Source of the DNA: a phage
Reading direction: 5' to 3' (one strand)
Assembly (NCBI GenBank): GCA_026180655.1
Contig: GCA_026180655.1_4341.1
Length of the DNA: 43,041 nucleotides
Position 1 is the stretch's first letter, and each line of letters starts with the position of its first letter. Below the pieces are notes generated by a model, which saw nothing but the letters and a program-made list of their open reading frames with translations, was not told the DNA's origin and searched no databases. Shown here in pieces: positions 18,187-26,864 of this stretch. Both the position numbers and the translations under genes were made by a program.

Positions 18187-19668
18187 TTACTGCTGAGCGG
18201 TGTCTTGTTGCTGCGCCGACCGCGGAATTTCTCCAGTTACCTGAGTAACAGCGCCTAACGGCATCGGTGCATCCTCAATCGCCGTCATAATCTCCTCGTC
18301 AGTCCAGTCAGTTACCCCGGCCTTACGCAACGCAGAGTAGTAAGCAGTTGCAGGAAGTAAACCGGCGTTAATGTCAGCCATCCACTGCGCACGGTCTTGC
18401 GCGGTCATCGGTTGCAGGAAGAATTCCATATTCAGCTTGAACTCAATCTCCGTTCCTTCACGCATGCCAAGCATAGCCGCAACCCAGCGCAATGCTTCGG
18501 TGTACGCCATGCTTACGTTACGTGCGATAGTCGCCATTACGGAAGTATCGGCGCCGCGTTGTAGACGGGCAGATTCAGCGGTGATTTGCTGCGTGGGGGT
18601 GATAAGTTGCGCCCCAATCTGGATGGCCTGATTCTCTTTATCCAGCATGTTCTGTTTGGCGAGGTTGTTCTCCCCTGCCTGAACCAGAAACGCATTACCT
18701 CCGTAACCGATGTTATGGCCTGAACGCGACCCCATGCGCACGCCGTGGGGGTTGGCTTCCGCCCACTGTTCCATGCTCATATTCTCGCCCGGGGCGATGA
18801 ACAGAGTTGGCTGGCCTACAACGAAGCTGGACTCTTCATTGTCTGCACTGTTACGGAAATGTCCGATATTAAGCTCCGCCAACGGCAGCAAAGGCGCGTC
18901 GTCAATGGTTGCGTCATTATTGCTAGCCCCGATGAACGTGAACGGGATTTTTCCGCGCAACTGTTCGCCGAGTTCCGGGAATATTTCGATTACTTCATCC
19001 TGAGCGCCACCTTCAGCATCGAAGCGATAGATGCGCTGGCGGTAGCGACCATCTATCAAATCGAGGACGCGGTATTGCTCACCGAACTTTGTTTCGAACT
19101 CCGCGCCAGGTTCCGAGTATTCCCACACCTCGCGTAGCACAACCATTGTCACGCGGTTAACTGAACCAACGCGTGTAAGTCGCCAGTTGATGATGTTCTC
19201 TGCGGTGTAGAATGCGATGACCGGGTTTAATAATCCCGCGTTCTGCTCTGCCGCCGTCGCCGCGGCTGTCTCTGGGGCGTCCACCAGCAACCCGCCACGA
19301 CCCACCGAGTCAATCTCCATTAGCGTATCCTGCGCGTGCTGCCACAGCCCAACACCAGAACCGTCCGCGTTACGTAACAGGTACTCCAGTTCAGGCGGGA
19401 TAATCTGCTCGGGGTCTTTGCGCATGACACTGCCGACCATCCCTGCCAGGGTACGTTTAGTGAAGTTGTAGCAGATAGCGCCGTTCTCGTATTCTTCCTG
19501 GCGCTGTGCAGCGTAGGTCTGGTCGGGTTCGTTCTTCCCAACGTTACGGAGATAGCGGATAAGGTCTCCTTCCAGCGCGTGGCGTACCTTCTGCCATTTA
19601 TCGAAGTGATGCAGCCATTCCCGGTGTTTTGTCTTAACACCCTGATTCTGACCGTTCATAGTTAACAT
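18187..19668 (-). CDS. Portal protein
   Basis: 493-aa ORF immediately downstream of terminase large subunit; size and position. Confidence 0.6.
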   Translation of the reverse strand: MLTMNGQNQGVKTKHREWLHHFDKWQKVRHALEGDLIRYLRNVGKNEPDQTYAAQRQEEYENGAICYNFTKRTLAGMVGSVMRKDPEQIIPPELEYLLRNADGSGVGLWQHAQDTLMEIDSVGRGGLLVDAPETAAATAAEQNAGLLNPVIAFYTAENIINWRLTRVGSVNRVTMVVLREVWEYSEPGAEFETKFGEQYRVLDLIDGRYRQRIYRFDAEGGAQDEVIEIFPELGEQLRGKIPFTFIGASNNDATIDDAPLLPLAELNIGHFRNSADNEESSFVVGQPTLFIAPGENMSMEQWAEANPHGVRMGSRSGHNIGYGGNAFLVQAGENNLAKQNMLDKENQAIQIGAQLITPTQQITAESARLQRGADTSVMATIARNVSMAYTEALRWVAAMLGMREGTEIEFKLNMEFFLQPMTAQDRAQWMADINAGLLPATAYYSALRKAGVTDWTDEEIMTAIEDAPMPLGAVTQVTGEIPRSAQQQDTAQQ

Positions 19669-19680
19669 TGAATAATCCTC

Positions 19681-20931
19681 TTAAAGTGCGAAAGTCACCG
19701 GGATGTTGATTACTGGTTTAACCACCGGCATCTCGTAAACTACAGGATAGCCGAGAGCATCCGCCATATGGTCGATGATGCCGTCTTTAGCTGGCTCTCC
19801 GTTATCGTCGTATGCCTGCTGCTCCAGCGTCTTCGCTATCTCTGGGCATAAGTGGTCGTTAACCCACAGCTTACCTTTTTCCAGCGCGGTATTCACGGCC
19901 AAAACACGGTCTTTAACCGGTGGGTTGGCAGATTTAGCGCGAACATCGAACCCGGCCTGCTGTAGTAACGCGATATCGGAGATTGACGCCGAGTTTGTCT
20001 TGCGGTTCTTGCCGCTGGCGTCTGGGTAAATGACGATGCGGTGGCCTTGCGACTTCCACTTCTCGGTAATCACGCGCACGGTGTCCGGCGTATCAAACAG
20101 ACCTTTCAGTTCTGCCACCGCGTGCCAGCCGTCTTTACGTTGCACATACACGGCGCTTGCGTTCTTCGTAACGTTGAAGTCCTGCCCGATGTACAGTGTG
20201 TCGCCAGGTTGGATTGTCTCTTTGCTGCGGTGCTTACGGCGGTCGTACGCGTAATACACGCTGCCAGATGTCAGGTTAACGAACTCACCGTTCAGATAGG
20301 CATTAATCAGTTGCGCCGGGTAAGTCTCTGTCAGCGAGCTAATATAATCCGGCGGCAGGAATCTGGCGTTCTCATGAGTTGATGCCTGCACCATAGAGTA
20401 GCTCGGCGTCGGGTTCTCTTTGAACTTGGCGTAGACGAACTTGAACCCTTCCGGCGTCGTGGTTACAGAGATGTGGTTTGTTACGCCAGGAATAACAAGA
20501 CGCATACGGGCTACGATTTTGTTCCACGCCAGCTCAGCTTTCTCGCGGCTCAATACATCGAGCTCATCCACGACCGCCGCAGCTATTTTGAAACCGACTA
20601 TCGAGCCAGGGTTATCCATTGAACGGCAGATAACCGTACCGAGCACCGTCTTACCGCGAGTGACCACGACTTCCTTGTCGCCAGATTTAACCAGCACATC
20701 GAGGCCGAGCATGTTAGCCGCTTCTTCGAATGTCGGGTAGAAGATGTCGCGGATAGCTGGGTATGTGGGGCCGAAGTATCCGAGGCGCGTACCGGGGTGC
20801 TTGAGCATAAATGTAAGCAGGTCCAGACAGCCGACGAAAGTCTTGCCGCTCCCGAAGCCGCCGACATAAGCCTTGTATTTGTTATTGCAATTCAGGAACA
20901 GTGCCTGTGGTGCGGATAGCTGAATACTCAT
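19681..20931 (-). CDS. Terminase large subunit
   Basis: Walker A GGFGSGKT, Walker B-like VVDELD, C-terminal nuclease-type acidic residues; ATGA coupling to upstream small-subunit ORF. Confidence 0.8.
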   Translation of the reverse strand: MSIQLSAPQALFLNCNNKYKAYVGGFGSGKTFVGCLDLLTFMLKHPGTRLGYFGPTYPAIRDIFYPTFEEAANMLGLDVLVKSGDKEVVVTRGKTVLGTVICRSMDNPGSIVGFKIAAAVVDELDVLSREKAELAWNKIVARMRLVIPGVTNHISVTTTPEGFKFVYAKFKENPTPSYSMVQASTHENARFLPPDYISSLTETYPAQLINAYLNGEFVNLTSGSVYYAYDRRKHRSKETIQPGDTLYIGQDFNVTKNASAVYVQRKDGWHAVAELKGLFDTPDTVRVITEKWKSQGHRIVIYPDASGKNRKTNSASISDIALLQQAGFDVRAKSANPPVKDRVLAVNTALEKGKLWVNDHLCPEIAKTLEQQAYDDNGEPAKDGIIDHMADALGYPVVYEMPVVKPVINIPVTFAL

Positions 20932-21473
20932 TCCTCTACCCCGCCCATATTCGTTGTCACGATTTTACCCACAGGCTCTGCAACACTGAAAATAATCTCA
21001 GTCGGTGCTGTTTCTTCGGCAGATTCAACTGGTTTCTCTTTGCTGAGGCCCAACTTAGCCGCGGCAAACGTAGCGGAGATTCCGGCGGCCCCTGTCTCGG
21101 TAAAGTACGCCTCTTCCAGCGCCTTCGCCGTTTCATAGGCTTCTGCAAATGCTGGAATCTCTCGCAGCCACAGCTTGATAATCGGGATAGTGACGCTGAT
21201 GTGTAGAGCGAAGCGGGCCAGCGACGGCGGTTTATCCTGAATCAACGGGCGTTCGTCACCCTTAGACGTAGGCACAAGCTCCCACGACGTGCGGTCGAAG
21301 AAACGAATCAATTCGTCACAATAGTCCGGGTCCCACAACGCGGCGGAATTACGGGATGATTGATAAAGGCTCTGTTTACCGCGCGGCCGTTTACGGCGAC
21401 GGTTTGCGCTAACAGCTTCTTCATGTGCAGCTTGCACCACCTCAGGCGATGGCTGCTTGAGTTTCAGCTTCAT
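20928..21473 (-). CDS. Terminase small subunit, putative
   Basis: ATG 21473 with AAGGGGA RBS; basic N-terminal region; position directly upstream of and overlapping the large subunit gene. Confidence 0.4.
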   Translation of the reverse strand: MKLKLKQPSPEVVQAAHEEAVSANRRRKRPRGKQSLYQSSRNSAALWDPDYCDELIRFFDRTSWELVPTSKGDERPLIQDKPPSLARFALHISVTIPIIKLWLREIPAFAEAYETAKALEEAYFTETGAAGISATFAAAKLGLSKEKPVESAEETAPTEIIFSVAEPVGKIVTTNMGGVEE

Positions 21474-21565
21474 AGAATCCCCTTGCATATGCGTCTGACC
21501 ATCAGAGCGCACCAGACGCGCCCTACGCGTCTAAAGGGATTATATAAGGGGATTGGGCGGGATGT

Positions 21566-21590
21566 ACAGAAAAGCCCTCCGTAGAGGGCT
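21566..21590 (-). terminator. Terminator-like hairpin upstream of terminase genes
   Basis: AGCCCTC-CGTA-GAGGGCT hairpin followed on minus strand by TTTTCTG. Confidence 0.35.
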
Positions 21591-21853
21591 TGTGGTGTGG
21601 TTATTTTCGGCTTGCCACCCATTGCAGTAATTGATTTATGCAATCTGCTTTCGAAAACCCGTTAAAGGACTTCGAGTAAACACCGTACATTACAGTCAAA
21701 AACACCGTTCCGCGGTATTCCTCAAATAAAACATCATCAAATTCAACCATTTTTCACTCTCCAATCAGTTGTATAGGCCGTGTCGTGAGGCTCTTTTACC
21801 ATCGCCGCCGTAATGGTCGTTAGCTACCGCGATAGCCCAGGCATTTGGGATAA

Positions 21854-22159
21854 TTAGTAGTCCCATTCCCCGCCCTCCTTTCGCATACTACGAGTTAATA
21901 ACTTATCCTGCAAAACCATAACAGCATCAGCTATGATTTGTACGTGCCACAAATCTTTATCAGCGTACGGCAGTTTGTTAGGGTCGGACGACGATACGCA
22001 GGTTGTTATCTTGGACCGCATAATGTCGATAAGAGTCAATAATTGCTTTTCATCGCCGCTTTGAAGCACTAAGCTGACAAGTGTTTCGTATTCAGCGTTC
22101 TTTTCATCAACCGGGCTTTGTTTAATACCACAACATCTGCAAGGTTTCATCTCACTCAT
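21854..22159 (-). CDS. Hypothetical protein with N-terminal Cys cluster
   Basis: 101 aa, CRCCG near N-terminus; ATGA-type overlap with upstream gene. Confidence 0.3.
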   Translation of the reverse strand: MSEMKPCRCCGIKQSPVDEKNAEYETLVSLVLQSGDEKQLLTLIDIMRSKITTCVSSSDPNKLPYADKDLWHVQIIADAVMVLQDKLLTRSMRKEGGEWDY

Positions 22160-22413
22160 TCCCCACTCTCCCCTTTAGCAATGCGTTGCTCTGTTTTAGT
22201 GATACCGCGGCGAGTGAATAACACCGGGCTTGTCTTAACGTGCGTCATCAGACGGTTGTTATAGATTACGTGGCGCTCGCAATTAACGTCTTTGCTGTAC
22301 TTGGCAATCGTCATTTCGTTGATGCCGGTTTGTCTGCATGTCTCTGCCATCGTGCCGAATTCTTTAATCAGGTTCGGAATGCTGGTAATCAGGTTCGGAA
22401 TGCTGGTAATCAT
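22156..22413 (-). CDS. HTH-like small protein carrying an in-frame 7-aa duplication
   Basis: 85 aa; N-terminus ITSIPNL-ITSIPNL encoded by a perfect 21-bp tandem repeat; HTH-like segment CRQTGINEMTIAKYSKD. Confidence 0.35.
   Translation of the reverse strand: MITSIPNLITSIPNLIKEFGTMAETCRQTGINEMTIAKYSKDVNCERHVIYNNRLMTHVKTSPVLFTRRGITKTEQRIAKGESGE
22364..22410. repeat. Perfect 21-bp tandem duplication (about 2.2 copies)
   Basis: ATCAGGTTCGGAATGCTGGTA at 22365-22385 and 22386-22406, followed by partial ATCA. Confidence 0.9.
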
Positions 22414-22631
22414 TCTGGGGCAATCTCCGATACACTAAGAATAATCACTTCGGCGCCGTTTGGGAGAGACTTTGCGATGTCCTGTTCAATTTCCCTTAGT
22501 GCGCTGTATGTGAATTTATCACTGTCAATAAGTGCTTGTTCGGTATTCCCAAACCCACTACGTCCGGTGTTGTCAGCCCAGTTGAAACCAATTAAGAAGT
22601 GTTTCGTCATAAGAAATTCCTCGTTGTCCAC
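22410..22631 (-). CDS. Hypothetical protein
   Basis: 73-aa ORF in chain of overlapping small genes. Confidence 0.3.
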   Translation of the reverse strand: MDNEEFLMTKHFLIGFNWADNTGRSGFGNTEQALIDSDKFTYSALREIEQDIAKSLPNGAEVIILSVSEIAPE

Positions 22632-22776
22632 ATCGCATTTGGGTATTTATTATCCCGGTCCTGCACAACGGCAATCATGTTACCGCGTTGCACAAGGCAG
22701 AAGTGCCGCTGTTGCTCACCGTTGTAACGACGCCAGATTGCTTCTTCGATTGCTGCGTTGATGTCACTGAACATAA

Positions 22777-22998
22777 TCACCCTACTATTTCATCACCAAG
22801 CCACGCCGTTTCTCGTATATCGTCTACCACACAGGCGGCGTGCTCACGGCTAATTGCAAAAATGTAGAAGCTGAACTTCTCCCCGTCGGCGTCGATGTGG
22901 TTGACAGAGTAAGGTTTCCACAGGACGCCATCAATTACTACTGGCTTAGGCGATTTCATATTTAGTATTGCCAGAGGTCTTGCAAGGAATGTGCCCAA
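22777..22998 (-). CDS. Hypothetical protein
   Basis: 73-aa ORF. Confidence 0.3.
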   Translation of the reverse strand: MGTFLARPLAILNMKSPKPVVIDGVLWKPYSVNHIDADGEKFSFYIFAISREHAACVVDDIRETAWLGDEIVG

Positions 22999-23147
22999 TT
23001 TTCCTCGTCCTTCATGCGCTCAAGCAACATCTTAAACGCCTCCAGTTGAAACTCACCGTTAATTGACAGTTGCCCACCTAACGTCTGTTTCTCTGACTCA
23101 AGAACCTGAATACGGCGTTCGAGTGATGCGATTGTGATTTTAGGCAT
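22962..23147 (-). CDS. Hypothetical coiled-coil protein
   Basis: 61-aa ORF. Confidence 0.25.
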   Translation of the reverse strand: MPKITIASLERRIQVLESEKQTLGGQLSINGEFQLEAFKMLLERMKDEENWAHSLQDLWQY

Positions 23148-23328
23148 TGGTGCCCCATTTGTTCAGGTTGAAGCGGTTAATCAGTTCACGGCGGCGTTCC
23201 ATAAGACTGTCTACCTGCCGTAAGTGGTACTCTATGTGGGCATCAATCCACTCTATTTCAGATTCACCGGTCGCGGATTCTACGCATGCTTTTTCATATT
23301 CGTTATTTGTCATAAGGTTACGCCTCAA
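23140..23328 (-). CDS. Hypothetical protein
   Basis: 62-aa ORF. Confidence 0.25.
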   Translation of the reverse strand: MRRNLMTNNEYEKACVESATGESEIEWIDAHIEYHLRQVDSLMERRRELINRFNLNKWGTNA

Positions 23329-23525
23329 TTAATCAAATAATAAATATCATCACGGGCTAACACATCCGCGCCATCCTGGCGGTCGATATCGTAGCCGTAG
23401 TCTACCAACTCAATCGCCATTACCCGCGCTAGCTGTCGGCGAAGCCGCTTGTTGTTCTTTAGGTCTGTAAATATCTTAAGTTCTTTGTCGTATGCACGTA
23501 CCATCATCTTCATTTTGCTTTTCAT
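23325..23525 (-). CDS. Hypothetical basic protein
   Basis: ATG at 23525 overlapping stop of upstream small ORF (ATGA). Confidence 0.3.
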   Translation of the reverse strand: MKSKMKMMVRAYDKELKIFTDLKNNKRLRRQLARVMAIELVDYGYDIDRQDGADVLARDDIYYLIN

Positions 23526-23677
23526 TTCTTCTCTCCCCACATGCGATTGAGATACTTGTTCTTGTCCGGCCCCTGGAAACTGTTACGTTTCGTCAGTTCC
23601 TCGCGTGTCGGGAACGGGGTGTGACTAACTTTACGACCTACGCGTAATGGCTGGCTTGCGGGGCATTGTTCACTCAT
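23522..23677 (-). CDS. Small hypothetical protein (51 aa)
   Basis: ATG 23677, TGA 23524-23522; ATGA coupling on both sides; below ORF-track cutoff. Confidence 0.25.
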   Translation of the reverse strand: MSEQCPASQPLRVGRKVSHTPFPTREELTKRNSFQGPDKNKYLNRMWGEKK

Positions 23678-23823
23678 TTCTTCTCTCCTGCATAAGCTGC
23701 TTTCAGTGCCTGCATCGCCGCAGCCCAGAACGCGTCCGCTGGAATATTGTTGCTCAGGTTGCCAACGGCAATACGTGCCATCAGTTGCGCGTCTTCGAAT
23801 GCTTCGATATCTTTGATTTTCAT
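23674..23823 (-). CDS. Small hypothetical protein (49 aa)
   Basis: ATG 23823, TGA 23676-23674; first gene after the lysis-cassette terminator. Confidence 0.25.
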   Translation of the reverse strand: MKIKDIEAFEDAQLMARIAVGNLSNNIPADAFWAAAMQALKAAYAGEKK

Positions 23824-23905
23824 CTTCTCTACTCCGTTCTCGTTGTCGATGAAGTAAATATAGTAGGGTCGTAGGTAATAGTCAACTAGTCATTGCAGAA
23901 AATAG

Positions 23906-23938
23906 AAAAAAAAAATCCCGGCTGGGTCAGGGCCGGGA
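23906..23938 (-). terminator. Rho-independent terminator after lysis cassette
   Basis: TCCCGGC-N8-GCCGGGA hairpin (23916-23938) followed on the minus strand by a T10 run (A10 at 23906-23915 on plus). Confidence 0.65.
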
Positions 23939-24003
23939 TAAAACTGGAGAGCAGAGGGGTGGAACAGGAGGTGATTTAGGTATCGTCGGATTAGTCTTAG
24001 GTG

Positions 24004-24096
24004 TCAACCTTTGCGAAACGTATCAATAGCACCCCAGAAAGCACCAACTACAGCACCGGCACCGATAGACAATAGAATGAAGTCAATCTCTGTCAT
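24004..24096 (-). CDS. 30-aa single-TM peptide coupled to endolysin gene
   Basis: ATG 24096 overlaps endolysin TGA (ATGA); MTEIDFILLSIGAGAVVGAFWGAIDTFRKG; too short for ORF track. Confidence 0.3.
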   Translation of the reverse strand: MTEIDFILLSIGAGAVVGAFWGAIDTFRKG

Positions 24097-24578
24097 TTAA
24101 CAGCCCTCCCAATAGCCTCCGCCTCTTGCCACGGTTTACCGTTGAACAGCGCCAGACGACCCGCAGTACGGCGACGCAGGCCGAGTAGTGGTTTGCCGTT
24201 CTGGTTGATGAACAGCGCCAGCTTAGCCCGCAGTGTCGCAATATCACCAGAACGAAGCGCCTTACCTGTACCTGTAGTAGCCGCAATCACGCCCGCACCC
24301 GCGTTATACACCAGGTCGCACACAGCGTCGAACTGCGCCTGTGTCAACGAATGGTGTGCTGCTGCATCAACCGCAGCCACGGCCTTAGCCATATCGCGAT
24401 TAAGCAGCAGGAGGCCCTGCCCTGGCGTGATGGTCTTGCCCGGTGTTACGTCAGGCCCGTAGTGACCGTAGCCTATCGTCAGGTACTTCTCGTTCGGCGT
24501 AGCGCGATATGCGGTTCCGCGGAATCCCTCGAACGCGGCGGTAAAATGCAGTCCATTATCTGAAATATTTCGAGACAC
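24093..24578 (-). CDS. Endolysin, phage lysozyme (GH24-like muramidase)
   Basis: Likely GTG start at 24578 with GGAGGA RBS; lysozyme signature FEGFRGTAYRATPNEKYLTIGYGHYG; follows two holin-like genes. Confidence 0.7.
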   Translation of the reverse strand: MSRNISDNGLHFTAAFEGFRGTAYRATPNEKYLTIGYGHYGPDVTPGKTITPGQGLLLLNRDMAKAVAAVDAAAHHSLTQAQFDAVCDLVYNAGAGVIAATTGTGKALRSGDIATLRAKLALFINQNGKPLLGLRRRTAGRLALFNGKPWQEAEAIGRAVK

Positions 24579-24828
24579 GCTTATATCCTCCGTATGACAG
24601 CCACGCCTGGCGAATCTGACGCAGCGCAACTAATGTGATTAACGTCTCGGGCAGAGTCGGCGACATGCTGCCATGTAACAGGTGGATGCATCCGGCAGCG
24701 CAGACGATAGCGGTAAGGATATAGAGCACCCGTCCAAATAGCCCGTCGTCAACGCTGGGATGATATACATTAAACAGCGACGTGCCTCCGATTGCCAGCA
24801 TACCGCCGAACCAGAATAACTCATTCAT
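24556..24828 (-). CDS. Holin/antiholin-like membrane protein (2 TM)
   Basis: 90 aa, two hydrophobic helices, basic C-terminus; GAGGAGG RBS; between holin and endolysin. Confidence 0.45.
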   Translation of the reverse strand: MNELFWFGGMLAIGGTSLFNVYHPSVDDGLFGRVLYILTAIVCAAGCIHLLHGSMSPTLPETLITLVALRQIRQAWLSYGGYKRVSKYFR

Positions 24829-25129
24829 CTGGGCCTCCTCGACGTGCGATGTATTCCCCGGCGACGATACCGGAGAGACGGGAATAGATAGGCATCCAGA
24901 GAATAGCGATAATGAATCCGAGGCCAGCTATCTCGCGCTCCCCAGTAATGCCAAACCATTGAGCCGCAAGAGGTGCCCCAAATACGGCGCAGGTGAAGCC
25001 AGTTGCGATAAAGCAGAAGCCGTCGATGGGGCCAGAAATAACGGACTTATGTTGTCGTAGTCCGATTACCCCTCCGGCTAGTGCGGCGGCGAGAAGCCAG
25101 CCTGTCACTGTTTCAGTAAATTTATCCAA
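24821..25129 (-). CDS. Holin (3 TM), putative
   Basis: 102 aa with three hydrophobic helices and charged C-terminus; TTG start with GGAGG RBS; first gene of lysis cassette. Confidence 0.5.
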   Translation of the reverse strand: MDKFTETVTGWLLAAALAGGVIGLRQHKSVISGPIDGFCFIATGFTCAVFGAPLAAQWFGITGEREIAGLGFIIAILWMPIYSRLSGIVAGEYIARRGGPDE

Positions 25130-25188
25130 GATGAATCCTCCAGGTGCGTATTAAGTATGCAGTAACTGGAGGATACCACGGGTAGGAA

Positions 25189-25629
25189 TTATCCTAATAG
25201 TTGTTTGGTAATAATCTTGCCGCCTGTGTTAGTGTCGAACTTCGAGGCAACGGCCACACCACCGTGTGCCGAATACCCGCATCCCATAGCCGCCAGCGCA
25301 TAAGGAGAACCGGAGCCTACTGCGGCAAAGCTATCAGCAATCGGAATAACTGAACTAAGGGCACAATCCCACGATTTATAAAAAGCGACTTTATACACCT
25401 TTTCTGTGTCTTTCACGAACACCAGGGCTTCGAAATCGAAGTCGTAGTGCTGCGCCCGAAGAATACCCGGGAAATCGATAAGCATAGCCCCTACCCCCGC
25501 GTCGCCAGCTACACCGATTACATAAGTGTCATTCTCATATATCTTTGTGTCTGTGTTGTAACAGTTACTCCCGCACACAACACGGGTGTCACACGCCATT
25601 GTCTTTCCATCAAACGTGATAGTAGTCAT
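25189..25629 (-). CDS. HslV/proteasome beta-like N-terminal-nucleophile peptidase
   Basis: Starts MTTI (Thr directly after Met as in HslV MTTIV), VIGVAGDAGVG and AVGSGSPYALAAMG matching HslV VIAGFAGGTADA and IGSGGPYAQAAA; ATGA coupling to upstream gene. Confidence 0.5.
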   Translation of the reverse strand: MTTITFDGKTMACDTRVVCGSNCYNTDTKIYENDTYVIGVAGDAGVGAMLIDFPGILRAQHYDFDFEALVFVKDTEKVYKVAFYKSWDCALSSVIPIADSFAAVGSGSPYALAAMGCGYSAHGGVAVASKFDTNTGGKIITKQLLG

Positions 25630-25952
25630 TTATGTCTCCAGATGTATTGTCGTCTCTGCGGTTTCGTCGGAATATCATCGTACCCCAGCGATTTCCAGTA
25701 ATTAAATAACCGATTAGCTATTGCTGCGCGTTCCTGTGTTTTGAACTCACCGAGATTCACGGCCTTCCCGTTCTGGAACCCGCAGGCACGGACAGCCTTA
25801 CGTCTGGCCTGAATCTCAGGGAACAGCGCGTTACCCCGACGCTTGTATATCTGTGTTTTAACTCTCGGTGACAGCGGCGCAAGGCCGCTTCGTTTCAGGA
25901 TGTCAGTTACCAACGACATCACTCCACCCCTCCACATGTGTAACTGACCCAC
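25626..25952 (-). CDS. Hypothetical basic protein
   Basis: 108-aa ORF, Arg/Lys-rich. Confidence 0.3.
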   Translation of the reverse strand: MGQLHMWRGGVMSLVTDILKRSGLAPLSPRVKTQIYKRRGNALFPEIQARRKAVRACGFQNGKAVNLGEFKTQERAAIANRLFNYWKSLGYDDIPTKPQRRQYIWRHK

Positions 25953-26181
25953 GGTTCGCGCATTCGACGTAATCCGGGAACTGGTCTTTGTATTTCTGTA
26001 ACTCAGCGTTTACTTCTGCCAGTCTTGACACAAGCCCCTCTATTTCCATATCCGTAGTTGTTATGTAGTCCCAGAAACTGTCGTCCAGTTCCTTGTAGGC
26101 TTCGTACCTTACATAGCGCCCAGAATCAGTCGCTACACAATCGATACGCCCTTGTGTGTCGTATCTCTGTACCATAATCAC
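25903..26181 (-). CDS. Hypothetical protein
   Basis: 92-aa ORF. Confidence 0.3.
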   Translation of the reverse strand: MIMVQRYDTQGRIDCVATDSGRYVRYEAYKELDDSFWDYITTTDMEIEGLVSRLAEVNAELQKYKDQFPDYVECANRGSVTHVEGWSDVVGN

Positions 26182-26381
26182 TTCTCCTGTTTACCAAGTC
26201 GCTTAGGGGCGCAGATGGCGCGTACCTCTGAATCGTTGGGCTTGTCTCCCTGAAACAGGAAATGCGCGTTCTCTGCGGCGCGTGCCGCTGACTGGCACGC
26301 CCCCATCGAGTAAAACATTTCTGATGCCGCCAGTTGCATCTGGCCTGTGGACAGTACCCAGATAAATAAGATGCTGGTCAT
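26178..26381 (-). CDS. Small secreted/periplasmic protein, putative
   Basis: ATG 26381 overlapping upstream stop; signal-peptide-like N-terminus MTSILFIWVLSTGQMQLAAS; two Cys. Confidence 0.3.
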   Translation of the reverse strand: MTSILFIWVLSTGQMQLAASEMFYSMGACQSAARAAENAHFLFQGDKPNDSEVRAICAPKRLGKQEK

Positions 26382-26761
26382 TTCTTTAACCCGCATTTAA
26401 TGCACATACACGGAAACCCTACTCCGTAAAATTGCCATTCGTGCTCGCATTCTTTGCGCACCCCACATTTCTTGCACATCATCGACGCACCTTTATCGTA
26501 GAAGTACCAATCATGGTCGCACTCCCGCCCGTCTTCCTCACGGCAACCGGATTGCTCCTGTTTGCGGATAAGTTTGTACGCCTCTGCATCACCTGTAGCT
26601 TTAACCAACGCCAGATGCAACTCCTTAATCTGCGCCGAGGCGTCACGTAACCGATTCTTAAGTGACTGCACCTCATGCGCCAGGTCTTCGCACTGGTTGT
26701 TATTTACCTGCTGCCGTAACTGGTCAATCAGGTACTCGAATACTTCGTTTTTGTTACCCAT
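26378..26761 (-). CDS. Coiled-coil protein with duplicated C-terminal zinc-ribbon-like motif
   Basis: 127 aa; two repeats ECDHDW...MCKKCG and ECEHEW...MCIKCG. Confidence 0.35.
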   Translation of the reverse strand: MGNKNEVFEYLIDQLRQQVNNNQCEDLAHEVQSLKNRLRDASAQIKELHLALVKATGDAEAYKLIRKQEQSGCREEDGRECDHDWYFYDKGASMMCKKCGVRKECEHEWQFYGVGFPCMCIKCGLKK

Positions 26762-26864
26762 CTCTATCTCTCCTCTCGTTTATTCAACAGCGCCTGTTAT
26801 TGCTATAAGTCCTGTGTTACCGCGGCGGCGATACTTACGAATCACTGTTTTAAGTTCTTCGTTA

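Noticed and set aside
22364-22410. Possible CRISPR-like repeat
   Set aside because: Only about 2.2 directly adjacent copies with no spacers; it is an in-frame coding duplication, not a CRISPR array
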